Part shown: piece by piece, positions 18,532 through 28,041 of the stretch
Layout of the letters: every line of letters begins with the position of its first letter
How positions within the stretch are numbered: position 1 is the first letter of the stretch
Assembly: GCA_016213895.1 (NCBI GenBank)
Contig: JACQZJ010000028.1
Span: 1,653 to 65,652, forward strand
Length of the DNA: 64,000 bases
Source of the DNA: Planctomycetota bacterium
GTDB lineage: Bacteria; Planctomycetota; B15-G4; JADJEK01
Reading direction: 5' to 3'
Notes under the pieces: model-generated
Database searches by the model: none
Seen by the model: the letters and a program-made list of their open reading frames with translations, nothing else
Told to the model about the DNA's origin: nothing
Translations under genes and position numbers: made by a program

Positions 18532-21500
18532 CTACTGCAGCACCACCTGCACGACCTGATCGCTCGCGCCGTGCTGGATGTCGAGCGAGGCAGCGCCGGC
18601 ACCGGAGGTGATCGTCGCGGAGTAGACGCCGGGCTGGAGCGCGCCCAGGTCATAACGCCCCTGCTGGTGGCCGCCGAAGGCCTCGCTCAGGGCTTCGCCG
18701 AAGGTGATGAAGCGGGTCAGCTCCGTTCCCGCGGAGTCGAAGAGGCGGATGCTGGCCGCGCTGACCGGCTGGCCCACCGCGTCCCGCACCTCGACCACGA
18801 GGTTGGCCCCGACGCACAGCTCGATGTCGCGCTCGGTCACCTCGGAGGTGCGCACGTGCACGCCAGCGGCCACGCCAGGAGCGAAGCCCTGCGCTTTGAC
18901 CACGATGGAGTAGACGCCGGAGCGCATGCCGTCCGCGCTGTAGGCGCCTGATTCGCCCGTGAGGATCTCGCCGAAGTGGGCCTCGACCTCGTTGTTCCGC
19001 AGGAAGAAGAGCGTGGCGCCCTGGATCGGCCTGCCGCTCGCGTCGCTGACCTGGCCGTTCAAGGCGCCGCCGGGCTCGAGCAGGAAGTCCACTCCGCTGG
19101 TGAGTTCGCCGTCTTTCACCTCCACGAGCAGGGGCTCGGAGCGGCAGTAGCCGCAGGCGCCGATGCCGAACATGCCTGGCCCGCCCGCGGCCACGCTGTA
19201 GCGTCCGGGCGGCAGGCCGGTGGCGCGGAAGCGGCCGTCCTTGCCGGTGAAGAGGTCCACGACTCTGCGCGACCTGGCCGCGCGCGTCACGGCGTCGACC
19301 GTCGCTCCCTCGTCGAGAGTGTCGATGGACACCCGGGCGCCGGAGATCACTTTGTGGAAGGCCGCGGCGCACACGCCGCCCTCGATCCCGGTGGCGTCGA
19401 GCGCGAAGTCCAGCTCGTACTCTTCGACCTCGGGAATGGTGACGTCAAAGGACTGGCGCGTGGTCGCGGAGAGGGAGGATCCTCCCTGGATCGTCACGGT
19501 CCACTCGCCCGCCGGCATGTTCTTGACCTCGTAGCGTCCCTTGTCGTCGACCGCGGTGAGGCGCAGCCCCTCCTGGATGCCGCCGCCGCCCTCTCCCGGC
19601 GTGAACGAAAGGAACGCGCCGCGGAGCGGCTCGCTTCCTTCGGTGACCATGCCCCGGACCGTGACGCCCGCAGCCTCGCCGCCGGCGAAATCCACCACCT
19701 TTTCTTCGCCCGCCTTCAGCCTGACCGTGCGCGTGGCCAGACCCTCGACCAATGACGACATCATCGTCTCGGAGCCGATGTCGATCGACCCGCCGAGCTT
19801 CTGCACGGTGTAGGAGCCCGCGGCCAGGCCGGTCAGCTGGTAGCGTCCCTCCGCGTCCGTGTTGGTCATGATCGGCATCAGGTTGCCGGCCACGGTCGCC
19901 AGCACGACGTCGCCTCCGCGGGGCGAGCCGTCCGCGGCCGTGCCCGTGCCGCGGATCACTGCGCCGCGCTCGAGCCGGATGACGACGCCCTCCGCCACCT
20001 GCCCGTCGCCCAGCAGGACGCGGGCGGAGCTGCCGGGAGCGTAGCTGCGGGCCGTGACCGAAAGCCGATGGGCGCCCGCCTTCAGGCCGGTGATCGCGAA
20101 GCGGCCGCTCGCATCGGTATGCGTGTCGGAGTAGGGGGCAATCGGGTCCGGCTGGATCAGGGTGTTGCTGGCGCGCGTGGAGACCAGGGCGTTCGGCACC
20201 GGGGAGCCGGTCAGGGCCTCCAGCACCACGCCGCGGATCGCCGCCTCAGGGGGCAGGATGAGGATCACGCCGCGGACCTCTTCGCCGGGCCGAAGCTCGA
20301 TTTCCGGCGTGCTCTCGACGCCGTGCCCATCGGCTCTCACCCGGATGCGCCAGGTCCCCGCCTCGAGCTTGTGGAGAGTGAACGTGCCGTCGGCGCTGGC
20401 CACGTGCTCGAGCGGCGAGGGCGCGAAGCTCTTGGCGTCCAGGATGTCGAAGGGGCGGGTCGCGGCCGCCACGTAGCGCTGGATCGGCTCTGCATCGACG
20501 CGCGACAGGACGATGCCGGAGATGGATCCGTGCCGCTCGAGGACGACGGTGTGGTCGCTCGTGCCCGTGTCGACCCTCTCCAGGTGGCCGGTGGTCATCC
20601 CGTCCGCGCGGGCCGTGACGTCGTAGCTGCCTGGCTCGAGGGCCGGCGACACGAAACACCCGTTGTCGTCAGCGCGCGTCACCGAGCCGCCGAAGTCCTC
20701 GGCGCTCTCCGGCGGGACGCTCTTCGTGACTCCCATGCCCAGGAAGCCGCGGGGCTGGATGAAGCCGACGCTCGCCCCGGGCACGGGATGGTCCTGGTCG
20801 TCCACGACCGTGCCGGCGATGCGTTCGCCGCCCTTGAGCACGATCGGATCGGCGAGTTCCAGACCCCCTGCCGGCAGCTCCACGCGGCGCAGGGTGGCCG
20901 GGGAGAATCCCTCCGCCCGAACGGTCAGGCTGTACCGGTCAGCCGGCAGCCCGCTGATCTCGAAATTGCCCGAGGCGTCGCTTCGCCTCTCCACGGCGTC
21001 GAGGTCGTACGGGTCGATCTTGGCCAGCATGAACGTGGTCTCGGCCTTGCGGGCTGTCACCCGGGCCTCGGCGATTGGCTCTCCCCGCTCGCTCATGATG
21101 CGGCCGCGCAGGGCCGCGCCCTGCCCCGCGACGAGGAGGATCTGGGCGGTCTCACCCGGCGCGAGAGTCAGCCTTTCCGCGGCCGGGAGCAGGCCCTCCG
21201 GCTTGACGCGACAGACCATGGCCGCCTCCGCCGGCACTCCGGTGAACTCGAATCTTCCGTCCTCGCCGCACGCTGTGGTTCCGCTGCGCCAGGTCAGCCC
21301 CTCACGCATGATCTCCATCGCATCCAACGCGGGCTGGAGCATGACGCGTTCCGCGGCCAGGCCCGCTCCGCTTGGCGGGCGGGCCGCGCCGCGCACCACC
21401 CCGGCCGGCACGACGAGGACGGTCACCAGGCCCGGACCGCCCGCGGCGTCGACCCGAACGAGGTCGCGCGTGGCCGCGAACGGAGACAGTGCCCGGAGGA

Positions 21501-21999
21501 ATCCCCTGAGCCTGGGCCCGCGCAGCTCGAACGAACCGTCGGCGGCGATGGAGCCGCGGGCGAGCGGCACGGCGTCGGCCCGTCCTTGGCGCGGAAACTC
21601 GCTGTGGGCGAGCGCGGGGAGACGGACGAAGGGCGGCGGTTCGGAGAGGAGCACGACCTCACCATCGGCCACGGGCGAGCGGTCCAGCGCCCAGAGCACG
21701 AAACCCTCGAGAACGTCCTCGCGGACCGCGGCCTCGCTCCGGTCCGGCAGCGGCGGGGCTTCGATGTCCGGCAAGGTGACGTTCGGCGAATCCGCTCCGG
21801 CGAGAACTCCCTGGCCGGTCTCGAGCACGACGGGCGTGTCCTGATTACCCCGGTCAGCAAGCACGAGGAGGCAGACGACGGCGAGCGCCGCAAGCAGCGC
21901 GGCGGCGACAAGGAGAGTGCGTGTTCTCTGGGCCATGGCTGCGCTGGCATCCTCGAGTTTGGGCTGTTCACTCGGTATGAGAGGCGCCGCAACGGTCAT
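18532..21999 (-). CDS. Large membrane-anchored protein made of carboxypeptidase regulatory-like (CarbopepD_reg) beta-sandwich repeats
   Basis: N-terminal anchor (LLVAAALLAALAVVCLLVLA). At least 8 repeats of the type GRYEVKNMPAGEWTV, GRFRATGLPPGRYSV and GAYSADGMRSGVYSIVVKAQGFAP. Confidence 0.75.
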   Translation of the reverse strand: MTVAAPLIPSEQPKLEDASAAMAQRTRTLLVAAALLAALAVVCLLVLADRGNQDTPVVLETGQGVLAGADSPNVTLPDIEAPPLPDRSEAAVREDVLEGFVLWALDRSPVADGEVVLLSEPPPFVRLPALAHSEFPRQGRADAVPLARGSIAADGSFELRGPRLRGFLRALSPFAATRDLVRVDAAGGPGLVTVLVVPAGVVRGAARPPSGAGLAAERVMLQPALDAMEIMREGLTWRSGTTACGEDGRFEFTGVPAEAAMVCRVKPEGLLPAAERLTLAPGETAQILLVAGQGAALRGRIMSERGEPIAEARVTARKAETTFMLAKIDPYDLDAVERRSDASGNFEISGLPADRYSLTVRAEGFSPATLRRVELPAGGLELADPIVLKGGERIAGTVVDDQDHPVPGASVGFIQPRGFLGMGVTKSVPPESAEDFGGSVTRADDNGCFVSPALEPGSYDVTARADGMTTGHLERVDTGTSDHTVVLERHGSISGIVLSRVDAEPIQRYVAAATRPFDILDAKSFAPSPLEHVASADGTFTLHKLEAGTWRIRVRADGHGVESTPEIELRPGEEVRGVILILPPEAAIRGVVLEALTGSPVPNALVSTRASNTLIQPDPIAPYSDTHTDASGRFAITGLKAGAHRLSVTARSYAPGSSARVLLGDGQVAEGVVIRLERGAVIRGTGTAADGSPRGGDVVLATVAGNLMPIMTNTDAEGRYQLTGLAAGSYTVQKLGGSIDIGSETMMSSLVEGLATRTVRLKAGEEKVVDFAGGEAAGVTVRGMVTEGSEPLRGAFLSFTPGEGGGGIQEGLRLTAVDDKGRYEVKNMPAGEWTVTIQGGSSLSATTRQSFDVTIPEVEEYELDFALDATGIEGGVCAAAFHKVISGARVSIDTLDEGATVDAVTRAARSRRVVDLFTGKDGRFRATGLPPGRYSVAAGGPGMFGIGACGYCRSEPLLVEVKDGELTSGVDFLLEPGGALNGQVSDASGRPIQGATLFFLRNNEVEAHFGEILTGESGAYSADGMRSGVYSIVVKAQGFAPGVAAGVHVRTSEVTERDIELCVGANLVVEVRDAVGQPVSAASIRLFDSAGTELTRFITFGEALSEAFGGHQQGRYDLGALQPGVYSATITSGAGAASLDIQHGASDQVVQVVLQ

Positions 22000-22140
22000 G
22001 CCCGCGTGCAGCAGGGCATTACACGAGGATCAGAAAGCACTTATCGCGTCCCTGCGCGGGCCGCCTTGTGCCAAAACTGCTCACGGGAATCGGCACGCTC
22101 CCTGCGGCCGAAGCGACGGAGGCGTGTCGGACGCTTCCCG

Positions 22141-23574
22141 TCAGGCGTCGAGATCGACGTCGGCGATGCCGAGAACGGGCTGGAACGGAGCGATGGGGAC
22201 CGTGACCATGTCGCCGACGATGATCAGCCCTTCGACGCGCAGCGTGTAGTCCCCGTTCAACGTGAGGGGCACCTTGACGAGGTGCACCGCGACGAGGCTC
22301 GTGACCTTGTAAGCGGTGATGTTGACCACGGCTCCAGTCGGATCGAGGAGCGTGACCGTGATGTCCGTGAGCAGGAGCCCGCCCTTGGGGAACACGTTGG
22401 CGTTGACGATCGCTCCTGCGAGAGCGCCGATCTTGAACTCGACCAGGCTCTGCCCGGCCTTGGGCTCGGCCTTGGTGAAGGTGCGCGGCTTGGCCCGGTC
22501 CGGCAGCTTGCGATCGGTGAGCACCTTGTAGTCGCCCGTGCCCTTCTTGCCCTCGAAGCGCAGTGCAAAGAAGCCCGAGTCTTCCAGGTCGAACTGCTTG
22601 TTGTGGGTCTCGCCCCCCTTCAGCGTCCAGGACTTCACCACGGCGTCGAACTCGTCCACGATGCACACGCGCATCTTCTCGATGCCGTCGCCCGGCTTGA
22701 TCTTCAGCAGGAGCGTCATGCCCTTGAGGCCGTCGAACCAGGCCGCGTCGCTGTCGTCCTCGGCGTCGATCGAGCCGAGCAGCGTGTCCCCGACGGCGAA
22801 CGACTTCTTGGTGACCGCCAGGGTGACGTTGAAGTTGAAGATATTGCCGTTGCCGCCGCCGTTCATCTGGTGGGTGATTGTCACGAGTCCCGTGTAGTTG
22901 CCGTTCGCCAGGCCGATGGGGTCGATCTGGATCTCCACGGTCTGCGGGCTGCCGGACGGCGGGATCGAGCCAGTCGCGGGAACGGCCGTGATCCTCGAGG
23001 CAAGCGTGCCGCTGATGGCCGTGATCCAGTCGAGCTTGACCGTCTGGTTGCCGCTATTCGAGAGCGTGAGCACCACGGGGTCCGGAGGAATGCCGCCGGC
23101 ATCGTACGCGAAGGCAATGGGATTCGGACCGGTGACGGACAGAGTCCCCTCCGGGACGGTGACCGCTAGATTGACGTTGAAGCTGATGACGTTGCCGTTG
23201 CCGCCGCCGTTCAACTTGTGGACTACCCGCACCAGTCCCGTGTAGTTGCCGACCGCCAGGCCGACCGGATCGACGTAGACCTGTATGGTCTGCGGGCTGC
23301 CGAAGGCCGGGATGGAGCCGGTCGAGGGAACCGCCGAGAGCCTCGAGGCGAGCGTGCCGCTGATGGCCGTGATCCAGTCGAGCTTGACCGTCTGGTCGCC
23401 GGTGTTCGAGGCCGTGAGCACCGCCGGTCCCGGCAAGGGGTCGCCGTTTGCCCACGCGAAGTTGATCGGATTCGTGCCCGTGACGGTCAGGGTCCCCTCG
23501 GCTGCGACGAGGGTTCCGCTGAAGAGGCTGAGGACGAGAAGGGCTGTGAAGGGGCGCATCGTGACTCCTCGCAC
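22141..23574 (-). CDS. Secreted protein with two near-identical ~130-aa tandem repeats
   Basis: Signal peptide (MRPFTALLVLSLFSGTLVAAEG). Repeat 1 and repeat 2 share the string KLDWITAISGTLASR...GNYTGLV...NGGGNGN. GC content is lower than in the surrounding DNA. Confidence 0.65.
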   Translation of the reverse strand: MRGVTMRPFTALLVLSLFSGTLVAAEGTLTVTGTNPINFAWANGDPLPGPAVLTASNTGDQTVKLDWITAISGTLASRLSAVPSTGSIPAFGSPQTIQVYVDPVGLAVGNYTGLVRVVHKLNGGGNGNVISFNVNLAVTVPEGTLSVTGPNPIAFAYDAGGIPPDPVVLTLSNSGNQTVKLDWITAISGTLASRITAVPATGSIPPSGSPQTVEIQIDPIGLANGNYTGLVTITHQMNGGGNGNIFNFNVTLAVTKKSFAVGDTLLGSIDAEDDSDAAWFDGLKGMTLLLKIKPGDGIEKMRVCIVDEFDAVVKSWTLKGGETHNKQFDLEDSGFFALRFEGKKGTGDYKVLTDRKLPDRAKPRTFTKAEPKAGQSLVEFKIGALAGAIVNANVFPKGGLLLTDITVTLLDPTGAVVNITAYKVTSLVAVHLVKVPLTLNGDYTLRVEGLIIVGDMVTVPIAPFQPVLGIADVDLDA

Positions 23575-23766
23575 GCAACGGGGCTACCATTCATGGTAAC
23601 CCGTGCCAGGCGGAGCACCAGCGCCCTGTGCCGGAACCTCGGCATTTTGTCACCCTGCGGCAGGGGGCCGCCGCCCGGCGGAGGCGCGTCTCCCTGGCGG
23701 CTTGGCCTGGCCCGGGCGCGCTCGAGATGGCAGGATGGCCTCGTGGGCAAGGTCCGGAGGGCGGCC

Positions 23767-24364
23767 ATGCGCCGGGCTGCGACGTGGTTCGTGGAGGCGG
23801 TTCTTCTTCTTGCCGCCGCCGCGTGCGGCAGCCGGCCGGAGCCAGAGGCCGGGATGGCGAGTAGCGCAGCGGGCGTCTCCAGGACGGTCAGGATCGACGG
23901 CGCCGAGATCCACTGCCTGGGTCGACCTGCCTGGTTTCGGCGCGTCCGGACGGGTGTCGCTCGAGCCGGACGCCTTTCTCGCCGCCCTCCTCGACGCGCT
24001 CGAACTACGCCGGCCGGTGCTCGTGTCGCCGTCCCTGAGCGGCCGCTTCAGCCTGCCGTTCGCCGCCCGCAGCCCGGGCCAGCTCGCGGGCTTCGTCCCA
24101 ATCGCGCCGGCCGGCGTGGAGCACTGCCGCGAGGAGCTGGCTGGCGCGCACGTCGAGACCCTGGTGATCTGGGGAAGGAACGACCGCACGTTTCCCGTCG
24201 CCGGGGCGAGCGACCTGGCCGGGCTCATGCCGTCCGCGAGCATCGCGGTGATCGAGGACGCGGGCCATGCCTGCTACCTGGATCAGTCCGAGCGCTTCCA
24301 CGAGCTGCTGCTCGCGTTTCTCGCGCGCGCCGCCCCTACCGGTACGACTCCAGCTCGGCGTTGA
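23767..24364 (+). pseudogene. Alpha/beta-hydrolase lipoprotein, disrupted by an internal deletion and frameshift
   Basis: The N-terminus (lipobox LLLAAAACGS, then RIDGAEIHCLG) is in one frame. The remainder (DLPGFGASG...VIWGRNDRTF...IEDAGHACYLD) is in another frame. About 45 aa including the HG oxyanion-hole block are missing. Confidence 0.5.
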
Positions 24365-25364
24365 TCCTCATGCCGGCGCGCTCCGGCAGCGTGTCCCACA
24401 GCTCGTCCTGGATCTCCGCGAGGCGCGGCGATCCGGCGTGGTAGCGCAAGGACGCGGCCTGGCCGGGCACGGCGGTCAAGTGCCAGGCGAGGTGGTCGAC
24501 GCCGAGAGAGCGCGCGAGGCGCCGCGCTTCCTCCATCCCCTCGCCCGAGTCGTTCCACTCGAACAGGATGTAGCGCCAGATCAGCCACGGGCGCTCGCGA
24601 CCCTGCTCCTTCTTCATGGCCGCCAGGCGCCGCATGGCCTCGAGGACCCGCTCCAGGCGGCCTCCGCGCCGGTATTTCTCGTAGGTCTCCTGCCGCGCTC
24701 CGTCGACCGAGAAGATCAGGCAGTCGATGCCGCTGTTGAGGACCGCCTGGCGGCGCTCTTCGGTGTGGAAGAAGTGGCCGTTCGTGCTGGAGAGGATCAG
24801 GCAGCCAGGGTTCTTCTCCCGGCAGCAGCGCACCATCTCGTTCGCGGAGCGGTGCATGTAGTTCTCGCCGCCGAGGTGGAACTCCATGTACCCGAGGTCC
24901 GGGGAGAGCGCGTCGATGATCCTGGCGTAGGTGGCGAAGGGCAGGGAGAGGGAGGAGCGGCTGCCCTCGATTCCCGCGCGGTTGCAGCCGGGGCAGGAGA
25001 GGTTGCAGGCGGCGTGCGACTCGATGAAGAGGATGCGCGGCCGCGGCACGCCCGACTCGAAGTCCGGCGGCGGCGGCGGCCCGGCCGTGCGGTTGGGGCA
25101 GCCCCGGCAGATCGGCACCTGGTCGATGTCCGTGGCGATCGCGCGGCGCAGGGCGCGATAGGCCGGCCCGTTCCAGACCTCGTCGAAGCCCTGCCGGCCG
25201 AGGTCGCCGAGCGGGTTCCTCTTCTCCGCGTCCACGCAGGCGCAGACTGCGGTCCCGTCCGAGAGCACGGCGGTCTGGCGCCACGGCCGCGTGCAGTAGG
25301 GCCGGCTGGAGTCGGCCCGCAGCCACGTGGCGATCTCCGGGACGTGTTGTTCCTCGCGGTTCAT
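24336..25364 (-). CDS. Radical SAM enzyme with an N-terminal SPASM-like Cys-rich domain (circularly permuted arrangement)
   Basis: The rSAM core motif CNLSCPGC lies at residues ~113-120 of the protein counted from the MNREEQ start. It is preceded by a SPASM-like block (YCTRPW...DGTAVCAC...GDLGRQGFDEVWNG...ICRGCP). The gene may start 34 codons earlier, at 25466. Confidence 0.75.
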   Translation of the reverse strand: MNREEQHVPEIATWLRADSSRPYCTRPWRQTAVLSDGTAVCACVDAEKRNPLGDLGRQGFDEVWNGPAYRALRRAIATDIDQVPICRGCPNRTAGPPPPPDFESGVPRPRILFIESHAACNLSCPGCNRAGIEGSRSSLSLPFATYARIIDALSPDLGYMEFHLGGENYMHRSANEMVRCCREKNPGCLILSSTNGHFFHTEERRQAVLNSGIDCLIFSVDGARQETYEKYRRGGRLERVLEAMRRLAAMKKEQGRERPWLIWRYILFEWNDSGEGMEEARRLARSLGVDHLAWHLTAVPGQAASLRYHAGSPRLAEIQDELWDTLPERAGMRINAELESYR

Positions 25365-25497
25365 GGGCGGCCTGCCTGGCGCAGGGCGGCGGCGTTTGGC
25401 TCTCGGGGCGCTCTTGCACCATAGCCCGGCCTGGCCTACAACCTCGTCTTCATTCCGGCTCTGCAAGCGAGGAGGCGGCGGCGTGGTTCAGGGCGGG

Positions 25498-27123
25498 ATG
25501 CGGGCGCTCCTCGTGGCCGCCGTCCTGGCGCTGTCCCTGGCGCTGAACTGCGCGGGCATCGGCTTTGGCCAGCCCTGCCACTACGACCAGTCGGTGGACG
25601 CCATCCACCCGGCGCTCTCCCTGGACGCGCTCGAGCACCTCTGCGGCGGGAGCCGGATCACGGAGCTGAAGTACCCGCGCACGCACTTCCTGGCCCTCGG
25701 CCTGGTGCAGCGCGCCTACCTGCTGCTGCGCCACGGCCCGGAAGAGGCCGCGCGGCGGCAGGGCGAGCTGATGGCCGCGTTCGCGGCCGCGCCCGCGCTC
25801 TCCGGCGTGGAGGCGCGCGCCTCCTTCCGTCCCTTCGCCGGCACCATCGGCGAGCTGATCGTGGTGGGGCGCGTGCTCTCGGCTCTCTGCGGCTGCGGCG
25901 CCGTGCTCGCCCTGTTCCTGCTGGCGCGCGGCCTGTTCGGTTTCGTCGCGGGAGCGATCGCCGCCTTTCTCGCGGCGGTGAGCCATCCGCTGGTCTTCTA
26001 TTCGCACACCCTGAACGTCGAGACTCCCTACCTGTGCTGCGCGCTCTTCGCGCTCGCCAGCGCCGTGCGCGCGATCACGACGGGCGCGGCGCGCTGGATC
26101 TTCCTGGCCGTGCTGCTCGCGGCCCTCTCCGGTGCCATCAAGGACCAGGCGTTCGGCCTGTTCATCCTGGCGGCGCCGCTCTTCCTCTGGCTGCTGCTGC
26201 GGCCCGGTTCGTTGCGCCCCGGCGCGGCGCGTCCCTTCCCCCTGCTCGCCGTGTGTCTCGCCGTGCTCGCCGCGGCCGCCTTCTACCTCGCGCTGCTCGG
26301 CCTGCCCGGGGACGTCGAGGGATTCAAGCGGCACTTCGCGCACATCTTCGGCGCGGGCGTGGCGCCCTTTCGCGAGGCCTCGAACACGCTTCTCGGCCAC
26401 TTCGAGCTGCTGCGCTTGACCTTCCTGCACCTGCGAGACAGCCTGGGCGCGCCGCTCCTTCTCGCGGCCGCCGCTGGCGCGGCGTGGATGGCCGTGCGCG
26501 AAGGGCGCAAGGCCTTGGTGATCCTGCTGCCGATTGCCTCCTACTACCTCTCCTTCATCGCGCTCATCGGCTACGTGTACCTGCGCTTCACCCTGCCGAT
26601 CCTGCTGCTCGCGCTCGTCGCCGCCGCCTACCTGTGCACGGCGCTGCTGCGCGCGCCCTACGTGCGCGTCGCGGCCGCGGCCGGCCTGCTTCTCTTGCTC
26701 GGCAACCGGATGGTCCTGGCCGTGGATCTCGACCGCATGCTGCTCGCCGAGCCCAGGACCGAGGCGAGCGCTTTTCTGGAGGAAGTCCTGCCGGAGGGCG
26801 CGCGCGTCGCGGCCGCGATCGATCTGCCCATGCACAACATCGACTTCCCGGCGCGCGCGCAGGTCGAGTTCATCGACCTGCGGCCGCAAGCCGAGCGCGC
26901 GCTGCCCTGGGAGCCCGACTACGTCGTCGTGTCTCTCTTCCCGCCCACGCGCGGCATCGCCATGCCGGCGCCCGAGCCGCCCGAGATCCACGCGGAAGCC
27001 ACGCTCCTCGGCCTGCGCTTCGAGCTGGAGGAGTCGTTCACGCCTGCCATGAACCACCCGATCCAGCTCGGCGCGGCCTTCCAGCCCGTGATACTGGTCT
27101 ATCGCCGCGCCACGGGACCGTAG
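25498..27123 (+). CDS. GT-C fold membrane glycosyltransferase (ArnT / PMT, GT39/GT83-like)
   Basis: GGAGG RBS 23 bp upstream of the ATG. About 12 predicted TM helices with a periplasmic C-terminal domain, an arrangement typical of undecaprenyl/dolichyl-phosphate-sugar-dependent transferases. Confidence 0.7.
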   Translation: MRALLVAAVLALSLALNCAGIGFGQPCHYDQSVDAIHPALSLDALEHLCGGSRITELKYPRTHFLALGLVQRAYLLLRHGPEEAARRQGELMAAFAAAPALSGVEARASFRPFAGTIGELIVVGRVLSALCGCGAVLALFLLARGLFGFVAGAIAAFLAAVSHPLVFYSHTLNVETPYLCCALFALASAVRAITTGAARWIFLAVLLAALSGAIKDQAFGLFILAAPLFLWLLLRPGSLRPGAARPFPLLAVCLAVLAAAAFYLALLGLPGDVEGFKRHFAHIFGAGVAPFREASNTLLGHFELLRLTFLHLRDSLGAPLLLAAAAGAAWMAVREGRKALVILLPIASYYLSFIALIGYVYLRFTLPILLLALVAAAYLCTALLRAPYVRVAAAAGLLLLLGNRMVLAVDLDRMLLAEPRTEASAFLEEVLPEGARVAAAIDLPMHNIDFPARAQVEFIDLRPQAERALPWEPDYVVVSLFPPTRGIAMPAPEPPEIHAEATLLGLRFELEESFTPAMNHPIQLGAAFQPVILVYRRATGP

Positions 27124-27137
27124 TTTCGGACTCCCGG

Positions 27138-27983
27138 CTACTCGTCCTTCTTCCCCTCTTCGTCGCCGCCGAGCAGACCGCCGAGCCGGTCCTTCACGCC
27201 CTCGACCGCGCCCTTCACCTCCTCGCCAACGGCCCCGATCCGGCCGCCCACGTTCTTGAGGAACTTCGCGGCGTTCCTCGCCACCTCGCCGTCGAGGATG
27301 CCCTGCAGGTCAGGCGGCGCCAGGCCGCTCTTGGTCACGGCCGCCAGGATCGTGCCCAGGATCTCCTCGAGAAGCTGCGGCAGGGTGACGTCCCGCGAGG
27401 CGCTCGCCTCCTCGCCCGAGCCGCCGATGTCCGTCAGCTCGATCGTGGGCAGGCTGATGGTCTGTTCGGTCTTCAGGAGGAGCGACTGGGCGAGGCGCAC
27501 CTTGGGCGAGGTGATGGTCACCCGGCCGATCCTGAGCTTCTTGGAGGACGCCCCCTCTTCGTCCGCCGCGGGCTTTGCTTCTGCCTCGCCGCCGCCGGTG
27601 CGGGACTTCAGGTGGTCCATGAGCGCCCCGAAGTTGCTCCCGCCCGTGGAGACCTCGAGCGTGATCAGGGGCTCCGCGATGTCGATGTACTCGATCTCGA
27701 TCGTGTCGCTCAGGAGCGAGCTGACGGCGGTCTTGACGTCGATCTTGCCGACCTCGAGCGCGCTGTCCGCCTTGAAGCCCTCGGGGTTGCGGATGGCGAG
27801 CTTCTCCATCTGCACCTGCCCGCGGAGCAGCGACAGGGAGGCGGAGGACAGCTCCGTCTGGGAGCCGAGCGCCCAGGTGCCGCCTTTCACCACTCCCTTC
27901 TGCAGGATGCCTCCGGCCAGCCAGGAGACCGCGAAGGGGAGAAGGAGGATCACGATGACGACGACGATGATCAGCTTCTTCAT
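27138..27983 (-). CDS. Membrane-anchored periplasmic protein, AsmA-like/unknown
   Basis: The N-terminal anchor (MKKLIIVVVIVILLLPFAV) is encoded with noticeably lower GC. The rest is Gly/Glu-rich and acidic. Family assignment is weak. Confidence 0.55.
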   Translation of the reverse strand: MKKLIIVVVIVILLLPFAVSWLAGGILQKGVVKGGTWALGSQTELSSASLSLLRGQVQMEKLAIRNPEGFKADSALEVGKIDVKTAVSSLLSDTIEIEYIDIAEPLITLEVSTGGSNFGALMDHLKSRTGGGEAEAKPAADEEGASSKKLRIGRVTITSPKVRLAQSLLLKTEQTISLPTIELTDIGGSGEEASASRDVTLPQLLEEILGTILAAVTKSGLAPPDLQGILDGEVARNAAKFLKNVGGRIGAVGEEVKGAVEGVKDRLGGLLGGDEEGKKDE

Positions 27984-28041
27984 TTCGGTTTCTCCTGCGC
28001 CCGAGGCGCGAGCGAGACGATACCCGCCGCGGCCGCCGCCG

